From NCBI RefSeq assembly GCF_002423035.1, contig NZ_DIUM01000070.1:48056-112055 (forward strand): 64,000 nt of DNA, given 5' to 3'. The notes under the pieces are model-generated. The model ran no database searches. It was given only the letters and a program-made list of their open reading frames with translations, and was not told the origin of the DNA. Position 1 is the first letter of the stretch. Every line of letters starts with the position of its first letter. The stretch is from Thiocapsa sp. UBA6158 (GTDB lineage: Bacteria; Pseudomonadota; Gammaproteobacteria; Chromatiales; Chromatiaceae). Of this stretch, positions 9,716-20,293 are shown piece by piece. The translations under genes were made by a program, and so were the position numbers.

Positions 9716-10918
9716 TCAACGCGCAGACCGGCGGCCGTGAACCGCCCTCGGGGGACGATCCACCCAACGCCAAGCCGCGAGCAGTCCAAGCGCCGCGGCA
9801 CCGGATGCGATCCCGAAGGTGACCCCGGCACCCTCGGCGCTCCAGAGCAACCCTCCGATCAGACTGCCGAGCGCACCGCCCGCGCCGAAGCTCAGGCTGT
9901 TGTAGAGCGCCTGTCCGCGCCCCTGGGTGCGTCCGCGGAAGTACTGATGGACGAGATGGATCGCCGCAGCGTGGAAGGTCCCGAAGGTGGCGGCGTGCAT
10001 GAGCTGGGCAAAGATCGCAACCGCCGGGATCGCGACGAAGGTGCCGATCAGAAGCCATCGCACGAGCGCGATCGCCAGACTCCAGATCAGAACATGACGC
10101 GCACCGAAACGCTCGAGCAGGTTGCGCATCACCAGAAACACCAGCACCTCGGCCACGACGCCGAGCGCCCAAAGCGCGCCGATCGCCGAGGTCGAGTATC
10201 CCACCGCCGCGAGATGAATCGAGTAAAAGGCGTAATAGATCCCGTGACTCGCCTGCATGAGAAAGCAGGCGGCGAGGAACGCCATGACCTCGGGTCGGGC
10301 CAAGAGCACGCGCAATCCGGGCGTAGCCTGATCACCCGTGACGGGCGCACTGTCCGGGACGGTGAGGGTCGAGAGCCAAATGCCGACGAAGAGGACCAGC
10401 ACCCAGATCGGTACCACGCCCATCGGCGCCGACTCCAACTGCACGCCCAGGATCGCCACCACCAGGATAAACCCGACCGAGCCCCACAGCCGAATCAGGG
10501 CATAGCCGGCGGGCCGATGTCCCAGATGATTGAAGGTCACCGCCTCCATCTGCGGAAGGGATGCGTTCCAGAAGAAGCTGAACAGGACCATCGCCACGGC
10601 GATGGTCCAGAAATCGTTGGCCGGAAAGACGCCGAGGAAGGTCACCGCCGAGACCAGCGAGGCGAGGCGCACGATCGGCATGCGCCGACCCGTGATGTCG
10701 ACGATATGACCCCAGAGCATCGGTGCGACGATCTTGGTGCCGACCAGGATCGCCATGAGCTGACCGATCGCCAGGGCGTCGAACCCTTTCGATTGCAGAT
10801 AAGGCCCCCAAAAGGGCACCAGTGCACCGAGCGCCGCGAAATAGAAGAAGTAGTAGCCGGAGAGTCGCCAGTAAGGCATCGCCTCTGGCCAGGCGCTGAA
10901 CCGCGTCCGCTTTGACAT
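9716..10918 (-). CDS. MFS transporter (PPP/HcaT-like)
   Basis: 400 aa from MSKRTRFSAWPEAMPYWRLSGYYFFYFAALGALVPFWGPYL. About 12 hydrophobic helices, with an N-terminus typical of the MFS_1_like/phenylpropionate permease group. Confidence 0.75.
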   Translation of the reverse strand: MSKRTRFSAWPEAMPYWRLSGYYFFYFAALGALVPFWGPYLQSKGFDALAIGQLMAILVGTKIVAPMLWGHIVDITGRRMPIVRLASLVSAVTFLGVFPANDFWTIAVAMVLFSFFWNASLPQMEAVTFNHLGHRPAGYALIRLWGSVGFILVVAILGVQLESAPMGVVPIWVLVLFVGIWLSTLTVPDSAPVTGDQATPGLRVLLARPEVMAFLAACFLMQASHGIYYAFYSIHLAAVGYSTSAIGALWALGVVAEVLVFLVMRNLLERFGARHVLIWSLAIALVRWLLIGTFVAIPAVAIFAQLMHAATFGTFHAAAIHLVHQYFRGRTQGRGQALYNSLSFGAGGALGSLIGGLLWSAEGAGVTFGIASGAAALGLLAAWRWVDRPPRAVHGRRSAR

Positions 10919-11079
10919 GCTTTCTTTGCGCCCCGGATCGACCTTACGCTGGCCCATCGAGGGCATCGTCGACGCGGTTCAGTTCATGAAATTCTTGACC
11001 GACCGGCATTGCGCAAACGTCGTGGGCGGGAATGACGCGGGACAGGCACCGAATCGGCTCCCGCCGCCGCGGAACCGGC

Positions 11080-12171
11080 TCAGGCGGCGATCGGCGGGGT
11101 GGGCGGCACCACGCCGGCGTTCTGGCCGCGGTGCCGCAGCAGGTGATCCATCAGGACCAATGCGAGCATGGCCTCGGCAATCGGCGTGGCCCGAATACCG
11201 ACGCAGGGGTCGTGTCGGCCCTTGGTGACCACCTCGATGGCCTGACCTGAGGTGTCGATGGTACGACCCGGCAGCCGGATGCTGGAGGTCGGCTTCAAGG
11301 CGATGCGCACCAGCACGTCTTGACCCGAGGAGATGCCACCGAGGATGCCGCCGGCGTGGTTGGAGAGAAAGCCCTCGGGGGTCATCTCGTCGCGGTGCTC
11401 GGTGCCCTTCTGCTCGACGCAGGCGAAACCGGCGCCGATCTCCACACCCTTCACGGCGTTGATGCTCATCATGGCGTGGGCGATGTCGGCATCGAGCCGA
11501 TCGAAGACCGGCTCGCCGAGACCCGTCGGCATGCCGCTCGCCACGACCGTGATGGCTGCGCCGATGGAGTTGCCCTCTTTGCGCAGGTCGTCCATGTACG
11601 CCTCGAGACGCGGCACCGTCTCGGCGCAGGGACAGAAGAAGGGGTTTTGCTCGACCTGATCCCAGTCGAGGCTTGCGGGACGGATCGGGCCGAGTTGGGA
11701 CAGATAACCGCGCACCGAGATGCCGGCGTGCTCGGCCAAGTATTTCTTGGCGATCGCCCCGGCCGCGACCCGCACGGCGGTCTCGCGCGCGGAGGATCGT
11801 CCGCCGCCGCGATAGTCGCGTCGGCCGTATTTCTGGTCGTAGGTGTAATCGGCGTGTCCGGGGCGATAACGCGCGGCGATCTCGGAGTAATCCTTCGAGC
11901 GCTGATCCTCATTTCGAATCAGCAGGCCGATCGGGGCGCCGGTGGTACGGCCCTCGAACACACCCGAGAGGATCTCCACCGTATCGGACTCGCGCCGCTG
12001 GGTGGTGTGACGCGACTGGCCGGGCTTGCGCCGATCCAGATCACGCTGCAGATCCGCGGCTTCAAGCGCGAGCCCCGGAGGACAGCCGTCGACAACACCG
12101 CCGATGGCCGGACCGTGACTCTCGCCGAAACTGGTGAAGACAAAGACCCGCCCGAAGCTGTTGCCGGACAT
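11080..12171 (-). CDS. aroC: chorismate synthase
   Basis: 363 aa. [22 protein letters not shown] and the downstream RSSARETA motif are present. Colinear with AroC. Confidence 0.95.
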   Translation of the reverse strand: MSGNSFGRVFVFTSFGESHGPAIGGVVDGCPPGLALEAADLQRDLDRRKPGQSRHTTQRRESDTVEILSGVFEGRTTGAPIGLLIRNEDQRSKDYSEIAARYRPGHADYTYDQKYGRRDYRGGGRSSARETAVRVAAGAIAKKYLAEHAGISVRGYLSQLGPIRPASLDWDQVEQNPFFCPCAETVPRLEAYMDDLRKEGNSIGAAITVVASGMPTGLGEPVFDRLDADIAHAMMSINAVKGVEIGAGFACVEQKGTEHRDEMTPEGFLSNHAGGILGGISSGQDVLVRIALKPTSSIRLPGRTIDTSGQAIEVVTKGRHDPCVGIRATPIAEAMLALVLMDHLLRHRGQNAGVVPPTPPIAA

Positions 12172-12174
12172 GAT

Positions 12175-13527
12175 TCAGTACGCCAGCGGGGCAATCGTAT
12201 CGGCGGGGTTGAGCCAGGCATTGCCGCGCGCGAGGATCTCCCGCGTCAGGGTGCTGGTGGCTTGGTGCAGACGCACGCCGTTGAGGATGTAGTCGTAACG
12301 CGAGCTCAAGTAATCGAACTCGGCCTGGAACAACAGACGTTGCGCATTCAGGACATCGACCTGGGTGCGGGTACCGACCTCCTGACCTGCCTCGGTGGAT
12401 TCGAGCGACGACCTCGCCGAGACGACCGCGGCTTGACGAGCCTTCACGTCCTCGATGCTCGAGATGACGCCCCGAAAGGCGTCCTTGACCTGTTGATCGA
12501 CCTGTCGGCGTGTCGCGTCGAGCTGATCTTGCGAGGCGCGGAAGTTGAACCCGGCCTGACGCGTCCGCGAGGCGACCGCGCCGCCCTGATAGATGGGCAC
12601 GTTGAGCGTGAGTCCGACGAACCCGGTGTCCGAATCCGTGTTGAATTCGGCACCCGAGCGGGCAACGTCGTAGCCGGCCTGCAGGTTCACCGACGGGTAA
12701 TAGCCCGAGCGCTCGATCTGGATCCCCTTCTTGGCCGCGCTCACCGCCTCGCTGGCCGCGATGATGCCGTAGTTCGAGCGTCCGGCGGTTTCGGCCCAGA
12801 TCTCGATGTTGTTGGGCTCGGGCGGGGTCAGCGGCAGCGTGTCGCCGAGTCGCGCGAGCGGCACCTGGATCGGACCGACGATGGTCAGGAGCGCCTGCCA
12901 GGCATTGTCGAGATCGTTCTTTGCCGTGATCAGGTTGGCGCGCGAACGGTCGTATGCGGCCTGACTGTCGTTCACATCCGTGATGGCGACCAAGCCGACC
13001 TCGAAGCGCTGCCTGGATTGCTCGAGCTGACGCTCGTCTGCTCGAACCAGTGCTTCCTGCACAGTCACCGCATCGGCGGCACGCAAGACCCCGAAGTAGC
13101 GATCCGCCGTATTGACCATCAAGGTGATCTGGGCGTCGCGGTATTGGGCCTCGGCCTGCGCGATGATGTTGTCGGTCTGTTTCAGGGTCATCCAGTTGGC
13201 CCGGTTGTAGACCGTTTGGCTGACGACGGCTTGGGCACCCTGGGTGCCGAAGCTATCGTTCCTGCTGAAACTCGTCCCGAAACTGCTGGTTCCGCTCGAA
13301 TCGACGTTTTGATAGTCCACCGTTCCGACGACGCTCAGGTTCGGGAGCAGAAGAGAGCGGGCTTGGGGCATGACCTCGCGTGTTGCGAACAGCTCCTGCT
13401 CTGCTTGACGGATCTGGGGGTCGCTCTGAACCGCCAAGTCGTAGATCTGCAGGAGATCCTCGGCTTGGCTCGCCGATGCCAGACCGCAAAGCAATGCGGC
13501 GATCAGGGTCGAAAGGCGTGTTCGCAT
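12175..13527 (-). CDS. tolC: TolC family outer membrane channel
   Basis: 450 aa from MRTRLSTLIAALLCGLASASQA (signal peptide), then EDLLQIYDLAVQSDPQIRQAEQ and the repeated TolC helix/beta pattern. Confidence 0.85.
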   Translation of the reverse strand: MRTRLSTLIAALLCGLASASQAEDLLQIYDLAVQSDPQIRQAEQELFATREVMPQARSLLLPNLSVVGTVDYQNVDSSGTSSFGTSFSRNDSFGTQGAQAVVSQTVYNRANWMTLKQTDNIIAQAEAQYRDAQITLMVNTADRYFGVLRAADAVTVQEALVRADERQLEQSRQRFEVGLVAITDVNDSQAAYDRSRANLITAKNDLDNAWQALLTIVGPIQVPLARLGDTLPLTPPEPNNIEIWAETAGRSNYGIIAASEAVSAAKKGIQIERSGYYPSVNLQAGYDVARSGAEFNTDSDTGFVGLTLNVPIYQGGAVASRTRQAGFNFRASQDQLDATRRQVDQQVKDAFRGVISSIEDVKARQAAVVSARSSLESTEAGQEVGTRTQVDVLNAQRLLFQAEFDYLSSRYDYILNGVRLHQATSTLTREILARGNAWLNPADTIAPLAY

Positions 13528-13642
13528 GTTGGATTCCTTGGTCGGGCTCGCGGGGTCAGGTGATACCCTGAAGGCCTTCAGTATAGGGGACAACGGGGCC
13601 GGCTCTCAATCCGGGGCCCTCTGCACGCTCGATCAAACGGAG

Positions 13643-14632
13643 ATGTCGTCCACCATGGGCGCGATCATTCGCAGCACCTTCCGACCGGCCTGGTGGCTTC
13701 CCGGGGCGCATCTGCAGACGCTTTGGCCGAGTCTATCGCGACCGCGTCCGCGACCCGATCTCGCGCGCCGGCGCATCGAGCTGGCGGACGGGGACTTCAT
13801 CGATCTGGCTATCGGCCATGGCGCAGGGCCGCGGGTCATGGTAATCCACGGGCTGGAGGGCAGGCTCGAGTCGCACTATGCCGCAAGCCTGGTCGAACGC
13901 TTGGAGCGCGAGGGCTATCAACCCATCTTCATGTTTCTGCGGGGGTGCTCCGAGGAGGCGAATCGGCTCGACCGAGCCTACCACTCCGGCGCTACCGAAG
14001 ACCTCGCCGAAGTCCTCGCCGTCCTGCAAAACGACCCGCAGGGCCCACCCGGCGCCGCAGTAGGTTTCTCGCTCGGCGCCAACCTGCTGCTCAAATATCT
14101 CGGCGAGACCGCACAGCCGGCATTGGGCTGTGCTGTGGCGGTGTCCGTGCCCTTCGTCCTGCGCGATGCCATGCTCAGGCTGGATATTGGCTTCTCGAGG
14201 ATTTACCAAAGCTATCTCATTGATAAATTAAGAAAAAGCCTACGGCGCAAATTCGCGACCCGCGACTTTCCGCTGGACGTCGAGCTGGATGACATCGGGG
14301 ACTTCAACACATTCGACGACCGCATCACCGCGCCGCTGAACGGCTTCGCCGGCGTCTTTGATTACTACAGCCGGGCGAGCTGCCGCGGCTTTCTCCCGCA
14401 CATTACGACGCCGACGCTGATCATCCATGCGCTCGACGACCCCTTCATGTTCCCGACCACCGTGCCCCGGGAGCATGAGCTCGGAGCCGGCGTCACCCTG
14501 GAGCTTGCCGAGCATGGCGGGCATGTCGGCTTCATCGCGGGCAACTGGCCCGGCCGACCGCACTATTGGCTCGAAGAGCGGATCATCGTCGGACTCCGGG
14601 AGCTCGGCGCCGATACCGGGAGTCGTTGTTGA
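13643..14632 (+). CDS. YheT-like alpha/beta-fold hydrolase
   Basis: The N-terminus (WWLPGAHLQTLWPSL...IELADGDFIDLA) matches the YheT/YcfP-type hydrolase pattern. Start is ATG 13643, or alternatively 13655. Divergent from tolC. Confidence 0.75.
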   Translation: MSSTMGAIIRSTFRPAWWLPGAHLQTLWPSLSRPRPRPDLARRRIELADGDFIDLAIGHGAGPRVMVIHGLEGRLESHYAASLVERLEREGYQPIFMFLRGCSEEANRLDRAYHSGATEDLAEVLAVLQNDPQGPPGAAVGFSLGANLLLKYLGETAQPALGCAVAVSVPFVLRDAMLRLDIGFSRIYQSYLIDKLRKSLRRKFATRDFPLDVELDDIGDFNTFDDRITAPLNGFAGVFDYYSRASCRGFLPHITTPTLIIHALDDPFMFPTTVPREHELGAGVTLELAEHGGHVGFIAGNWPGRPHYWLEERIIVGLRELGADTGSRC

Positions 14633-14658
14633 CCGAAACCGGGTCCAGAGCGAGCAGC

Positions 14659-15519
14659 TCACTTGCGCGTGAGCTCGAGGTTTTTAGTTGTTGCCGTTAG
14701 CTCACGCAACACGGCAAGCCCAGGCGCTCGGTGTGCGCAGCGCAGAATCGCCGACCGTCCGGCCGTGTGTCGATCGAGATCCACCCGAACGCCGCGCCGG
14801 GCTGCGGCATCGATCTGCGCCTGGCTGATCGCAACCTCGCCGAAGACCGAGATCACAAAGCCGCCCGGAACGGGTGGCGGCGGGGCAAAGTCGGTCCCGT
14901 CCACCAGCGCAACCCAGGCCGGGATGAACTGCGGGCCATAAAAGTCGAAGAAGCCATTGGATCCGCGCAGATGCACCTCGATCGGTCGCCCGTCGATCAT
15001 CTCCAGGTTGCACAGCCCGCTGTAGCCGCGCAGATGCGCAGCAATCCAATCGGCGATCACAGGCTCCAGCTCGGGCAGATCGGCCCCGATCTCCCAGTAG
15101 ACCGGCCGCTCACGATCCTTCTCGTTCGCGCCTCGGGTATGCGCAAACCAGACCGCCCGGCCGTCCTGGACCAGGCAATCCGTGCTGGTGTGTGGACCTT
15201 CGAGCCGCTCGCACCAGAAGCTACCCGGCTCGCTCGGTACCGCATCGGCCGGCACGGCACGGGCGCGCACCGCCATTCCGGCGAGATTGATCATGGGTTT
15301 GACGAACACCTGAGTCGCCGGGTCGACACCGCAGTCGCGCGGGTCCACGCCGCAGGGCGCCGCGCGCAATCCGGCGCCCAGCGCGAGCGAGAGCTTGTCG
15401 TAAACCTGGCGATGCGCCGGGTTGAGCCGCCAGGCCGCCGCATCGTTCACGCCCACATCAGGCTTGGGCTGCGGCTGAAACAGCGACTCACGCTCGGGTA
15501 AAACACCGATAAAAGGCAA
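14659..15519 (-). CDS. hypothetical protein, possibly ATP-grasp fold
   Basis: Clean 286-aa ORF. The C-terminal half (GLCNLEMIDGRPIEVHLRGS) resembles the last strands of ATP-grasp enzymes. No confident family. Confidence 0.5.
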   Translation of the reverse strand: MPFIGVLPERESLFQPQPKPDVGVNDAAAWRLNPAHRQVYDKLSLALGAGLRAAPCGVDPRDCGVDPATQVFVKPMINLAGMAVRARAVPADAVPSEPGSFWCERLEGPHTSTDCLVQDGRAVWFAHTRGANEKDRERPVYWEIGADLPELEPVIADWIAAHLRGYSGLCNLEMIDGRPIEVHLRGSNGFFDFYGPQFIPAWVALVDGTDFAPPPPVPGGFVISVFGEVAISQAQIDAAARRGVRVDLDRHTAGRSAILRCAHRAPGLAVLRELTATTKNLELTRK

Positions 15520-16021
15520 GATACAGACTCCTGGTGTCAGGGACGGGTGCGCCGGGCAGACGCCGGAACAACAGCTCTTATCTCAAGCTTCGAGCGCAAA
15601 GGCCAGTTCTCGGGTCGACCGGAAAAACCCGTCTTCATTCCGGAGCGTTTGGGCAACCTGCGGCGGCGCGAGACGATGGCTCAACTGCCCGGCGTGCCGC
15701 TTGGTGACTCCAGCCCCGGCAAAGGCGACACGCCAACTCCAGAGCGACTTTGGGCCGGATCCGAAAGCCGGCGTCGATATACCCCAGTAGGGGGATCGCT
15801 TAAACTTCAGCATTATCGCTGGAGATTCCCAACCGGAACTGAGTTTCATCCATGACAGTCGCGGTTCTTCCCCCCTTCGTGCAGGCAGACGGTGTTGACC
15901 GCCTGCAATGGCGGCTGGTTCTGCCACTGCTCGCGCCCACGCGCCTGATCGGTGCCGGCGGCGCCCCGATCGACCAAGACCCGGGCGAAAAGATCAGGCG
16001 GACACGCGACTGGGGAGTGCG

Positions 16022-18331
16022 TTGAGCGTGACGCGGGAATCCGCCGCAGTGCGCGAGAGCGAACAACGTTTCCGTGACCTCTTCGAGTATCTGCCCATTC
16101 CCTATCAATCTCTGGACATCCATGGCTACTGGCTCGACGCGAATCCGGCCATGGCCAGGCTCCTTGGCTTCGATCATCCCGACGAGCTGCTGGGTCTGGA
16201 TTTCGGGGATTATTGGGATGACGCGTCGCGCCAGTATTTTCCGGCCACCTTCTCGGCCTTCAAGAACACCGGCGCAACCCGCGGAGAATTGCGGTTGCGC
16301 CGCCGCGATGGCTCATCGATCACCGTCATCCTCACCGGGCGCATCCAGCACGATGCGGACGGTCGCTTCCAACGCACCCATTGCATCCTCACCGACATCA
16401 GCGAGCGGCGGGCGATGGAGCAGGAGATCCGTGCGCTCAACGCCGACCTGGAACGCAAGGTCGAAGAACGCACCGCCGAGGCGCTGGCCGCCAATGCGGC
16501 CAAGAGTGAGTTCCTGGCACACATGAGCCACGAGCTTCGCACCCCCATGAGCGGGATTATCGGCATGGCCGAGCTGACCCTGCGCACCGATTTGAACGAG
16601 CAGCAGCTCGGCTATGTGCAAAAGATCGCAAGCTCGGCCAACTCCCTGCTCGGCATCCTCAACGATATCCTTGATTTGTCCAAGATCGAGGCCGAGAAAT
16701 TACAGATCGAAAAGGCTGGATTCGATCTGCGACAACTGATCGAGAAGGTCATCTACCTGGTCGAAATCACGGCGCATGGCAAGAACCTCGCGCTCACCGT
16801 CGACTACGCGCCCGACTTGAGCCGCTGGTTTGTGGGCGACAGCCTGCGGATCACGCAGGTTCTCACCAATCTGTTGGGTAACGCCGTGAAGTTTACCGCG
16901 GCCGGCACGGTCAGCCTCGGCATCCGCCAACCGGTAGCGGGGCGGTTGTGTTTCGCGGTCCGCGACACCGGCATCGGGATGACCACCGAGCAGCGACAAC
17001 GGCTTTTCCAAGCCTTTACCCAGGCCGACAGCAGCACCACCCGCACATTCGGCGGCACCGGTCTCGGATTGGTCATCAGCAAGCGCCTGGTGGAACTGAT
17101 GGGGGGCACCATCGAGGTCACCAGTGCGCCGGGCCAGGGGAGCTGCTTCAGTGTCGAGATCGATGCCCCGGAGTGCGACGCGCCGGACTCCGGTCTGCTC
17201 GCGGGAAGGGCGGTGCGCATCTCGCCGGAGGGCATGGGCGACCAGAGCATCCCGGCGGGGTTCGCCGGGCGCCGCATCCTGCTCGTCGATGACTCCGCCA
17301 TCAATCGCGAGATCGTCATCGGCCTGCTCAAGGGAAGCGATCTGCTCGTTGAAGTGGCCGAGAATGGCCAGCAGGCGGTGGAGCGCAGCCAGGAGACGCC
17401 CTGGGACCTGATCCTGATGGACATCCAGATGCCGGTCATGGACGGTCTGGAGGCCACCCGGTGCATTCGCGCCTTTGATCCCGAGGTTCCCATCATCGCC
17501 CTGACGGCCAACGCGTACAAAGAAGACATCGACGCTACCCTGTCGGCCGGCATGAACGAGCACCTCACCAAGCCCATCAGCAGGCAACAGCTCCTTGCGG
17601 CGCTGCGCAGATACCTCAAGCCGATGCCCGATCGCAAACCGCAGGAGCATCTGTCGTCGTCCACGACGCCATCCATCGTCCCGGCGCCGACCGACGACTT
17701 TCCGGAGATAGCGGGCATTGACCGGGTGCGCGCCACCCAGTTTTTTGAAGGCATACGTGCCTTGTTTCTCCGCTTATTGGCAGGCTTCGCGGACGACTAC
17801 GCCGACGTAGCGAGGCAGACCGGGCGCGATCTGGCCGCCGGTGATCGGCCGAGTGCCGCCATGCGGATGCATAGCTTGCGCGGCATCGCCGGCCAGCTTG
17901 GTGCGCTTGAAATCGCCGCGTCGGCCGGAGCGCTGGAGAGGGCCATTCAACAGGACGCGTCGGCATTGGATGCGTCGATTGCGGCCCTCGACGATCAGGT
18001 CAGCGCATTGATCGCGGCCATTGCATCCTGGCGCAGAGGTAGCGCGGCCGATTCCACGTCGGCGGCGCCTGTATCCGCGCTGGCGGACGCACTGACGCTG
18101 CTCGATGCCGCGGAGTTGGCCGGGTTACGCGATGCACTGCGTGCGCAGAACCTCAATGCCTTAAGGCGTTACGAGGCGCTGCAGCCCGCACTCCTCACCG
18201 TCCTGGGTGAGGCCAGGACAGCAGAGATCGGGCGCGCCATCCATGGCTTGCGCATCGACGAGGCGCTGTCCCTGCTGGATGCCTGTGGCGAGACCGAGGA
18301 CCGTGCGACCGGGCCTGGATCGAGCGCATGA
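16022..18331 (+). CDS. hybrid sensor histidine kinase/response regulator (PAS-HisKA-HATPase-REC-Hpt)
   Basis: PAS ([20 protein letters not shown]), H-box ([10 protein letters not shown]), N/G boxes (GNAVKFT, DTGIGM, GGTGLGL), REC ([26 protein letters not shown]) and Hpt ([13 protein letters not shown]) are all present. The track ORF starts at 15908, but its first 38 aa look non-coding. The likely start is TTG 16022 or GTG 16028. Confidence 0.85.
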   Translation: MSVTRESAAVRESEQRFRDLFEYLPIPYQSLDIHGYWLDANPAMARLLGFDHPDELLGLDFGDYWDDASRQYFPATFSAFKNTGATRGELRLRRRDGSSITVILTGRIQHDADGRFQRTHCILTDISERRAMEQEIRALNADLERKVEERTAEALAANAAKSEFLAHMSHELRTPMSGIIGMAELTLRTDLNEQQLGYVQKIASSANSLLGILNDILDLSKIEAEKLQIEKAGFDLRQLIEKVIYLVEITAHGKNLALTVDYAPDLSRWFVGDSLRITQVLTNLLGNAVKFTAAGTVSLGIRQPVAGRLCFAVRDTGIGMTTEQRQRLFQAFTQADSSTTRTFGGTGLGLVISKRLVELMGGTIEVTSAPGQGSCFSVEIDAPECDAPDSGLLAGRAVRISPEGMGDQSIPAGFAGRRILLVDDSAINREIVIGLLKGSDLLVEVAENGQQAVERSQETPWDLILMDIQMPVMDGLEATRCIRAFDPEVPIIALTANAYKEDIDATLSAGMNEHLTKPISRQQLLAALRRYLKPMPDRKPQEHLSSSTTPSIVPAPTDDFPEIAGIDRVRATQFFEGIRALFLRLLAGFADDYADVARQTGRDLAAGDRPSAAMRMHSLRGIAGQLGALEIAASAGALERAIQQDASALDASIAALDDQVSALIAAIASWRRGSAADSTSAAPVSALADALTLLDAAELAGLRDALRAQNLNALRRYEALQPALLTVLGEARTAEIGRAIHGLRIDEALSLLDACGETEDRATGPGSSA

Positions 18332-20103
18332 CACCTCCACCGAGAATCCTGATCGTCGATGACGATCCACTGGTCATCGCGTCGTTGCACGGCGCGCTGG
18401 AGGGCCTCGGCGACCTGTTCTTTGCGACTGGCGGCGCCCAAGCCCTGACTTTGGCGGCGGAGCGCCCGTTCGATCTGATCCTGCTTGATGCCTGGATGCC
18501 CGGCATGGACGGTTACGCCACCTGTCGGGCCCTGCACGCCGACTACCCCGAGATGCCAATCATCTTTGTGACGGAGGACAACAGCATCGGCGGCGAGATG
18601 CAGGCACTGGAGGCCGGCGCGCGGGACCTCATCAGCAAGCCGATCAATCCGCCCGTGGTCCGCGCGCGGGTCAGCGTCTATCTCATGCTCAAGGAGCAGA
18701 CCGACAAGTTGCACCGCAGCGAGGAGCGACACCGCCTGCTGGCCGACAATGCATCCGACGTGATCTGGACCATGAATCTCGATGGCCAAATGACCTATAC
18801 GAGTCCATCCGTCGAGCGGCTGACTGGATTCACGCCGTCCGAGCGCATCCTGCAATCACTATCCGAGATTTTCACCCCCGCATCCCTGGCCATCGTACTC
18901 GAAGGGCTGGCCGAGATGATCGAGGCAGTCAAGGCCAGGCGCCCGACGGACCATTTCCGTGCCGAGCTGGAGGAGTACTGCAAAGACGGCTCGACCATCT
19001 GGACTGAGATCACCGCGAACGGCGCCTACGATCCCGGGGGCCGATTCATCGAGATACTCGGCATCACCCGCGACATCAGTGAGCGCAAACGCCACGATCG
19101 TGATCTGCGCCAAGCCCGTGATGACGCCGAAACGGCCAACCGGGCGCTGCACATCGCCAACGCCGAGCTGCGTCAGCTTGCCAGCACGGACGCGCTCACC
19201 GGGGCCTGGAACCGGCGGCATTTCGAGCAGACCGCTGCGGCCGAGATCGCCCGCATCCAACGCTACGGCGAGCCGTTGTCGTTAATCCTGTTCGACATCG
19301 ACCATTTCAAGTCGATCAACGACAACTGCGGTCACCAGATGGGGGATCAGGTACTCGCCGAGCTGACGCAACGGGTGCGCAGCACGCTGCGAGCGAGCGA
19401 TCTGCTGGCCCGCTGGGGCGGAGAGGAATTCGTGGTGATGATGCCGCACTGCGGGGAGACCGAGGCCATGCACCTGGCGGAGAGGATCCGCACCCTGGTT
19501 GGGACCAGGCCGTTCGGCACGATCGGAACCGTCACCGCCAGTTTCGGGGTGGCGCAATTCGCACCGGGCCAAACGCTGGATGCCTGGTTCAAACGGGTCG
19601 ACGACGCCCTCTATCGGGCAAAGGAAGGGGGACGTAACCGTGTGGTCGCCGGCGCGGACACCATACCCGGCGCTGGAACCGTCAGTCTAAATCTGCGCTG
19701 GCGGGCCGGTTATCGCTGCGGCGACCCGGTCATTGACACCGAGCATCACGAGCTCTTTCGGTTGGCCAATGCGCTCCTCGACCTCGCGATCATTGAGCCG
19801 CCGCCCGACGCCCTGCTCCCGTCCATGGATGCCCTGCTGGCCCACGTCACGGATCATTTCGCCCACGAAGAGGAGATTCTCCGCCGCCGAGGCTATGCCG
19901 ACCTCGCTCGCCATGCCGAGCTGCACGAAAACCTGATCACTCGCGCCCGGGACCTGCGCAGTCAGGTCGCGGCTGGCCTCCTGGAATTCGGCACGCTGGC
20001 GGAGTTTCTTTGCAAGGACGTGGTCGCGCGCCACATGTTGCAGGATGACCGCGTCTTCTTCCGGGTGTTTGACCGGTCGGACGCTGCTCTGCCCTGCACC
20101 TGA
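18328..20103 (+). CDS. response-regulator diguanylate cyclase with C-terminal hemerythrin domain (REC-PAS-GGDEF-Hr)
   Basis: REC (ILIVDDDP...DLILLDAWMPGMDG), PAS (LLADNASDVIWTMNLDG), and GGDEF with an intact GGEEF plus an RASD I-site 5 aa upstream. The hemerythrin ligand pattern is complete: DTEHHELF, HFAHEEE, HAELHENL, ARHMLQDD. The ATGA overlaps the kinase stop. Confidence 0.9.
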   Translation: MTPPPRILIVDDDPLVIASLHGALEGLGDLFFATGGAQALTLAAERPFDLILLDAWMPGMDGYATCRALHADYPEMPIIFVTEDNSIGGEMQALEAGARDLISKPINPPVVRARVSVYLMLKEQTDKLHRSEERHRLLADNASDVIWTMNLDGQMTYTSPSVERLTGFTPSERILQSLSEIFTPASLAIVLEGLAEMIEAVKARRPTDHFRAELEEYCKDGSTIWTEITANGAYDPGGRFIEILGITRDISERKRHDRDLRQARDDAETANRALHIANAELRQLASTDALTGAWNRRHFEQTAAAEIARIQRYGEPLSLILFDIDHFKSINDNCGHQMGDQVLAELTQRVRSTLRASDLLARWGGEEFVVMMPHCGETEAMHLAERIRTLVGTRPFGTIGTVTASFGVAQFAPGQTLDAWFKRVDDALYRAKEGGRNRVVAGADTIPGAGTVSLNLRWRAGYRCGDPVIDTEHHELFRLANALLDLAIIEPPPDALLPSMDALLAHVTDHFAHEEEILRRRGYADLARHAELHENLITRARDLRSQVAAGLLEFGTLAEFLCKDVVARHMLQDDRVFFRVFDRSDAALPCT

Positions 20104-20293
20104 GCAGCCCGGAAGACGGAGGGCGGATACCGGCGGCGGGGGCAAATCGCTTCCCGCGCCGAGCACCCCGGTTCGGTCCAGTGGGCCACCGGGGCCGTCG
20201 ATACGCCGGTTTTCTCCAGTCGTTGTCGTCATCGATCACCGATACGACAACGATCATGATCTCCGAGGCTCTCGCATGCTCTGTACTGCTCCG

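Noticed and set aside
15852-16025. 57-codon upstream ORF (MTVAVLPPFVQADGVDRLQWRLVLPLL...) whose TGA overlaps the TTG candidate start of the hybrid kinase.
   Set aside because: It has no SD and no recognisable family, and it is below the size at which composition is informative. It could equally be a chance ORF in the 500-bp leader. It is noted only as a caveat on the kinase start.
20221-20252. Inverted repeat CGTTGTCGT-N14-ACGACAACG between the convergent cyclase and molybdoenzyme genes, considered as a special regulatory site.
   Set aside because: It is most simply a weak shared terminator or stem-loop between convergent genes. It has no flanking T-tract and no other copies were seen.
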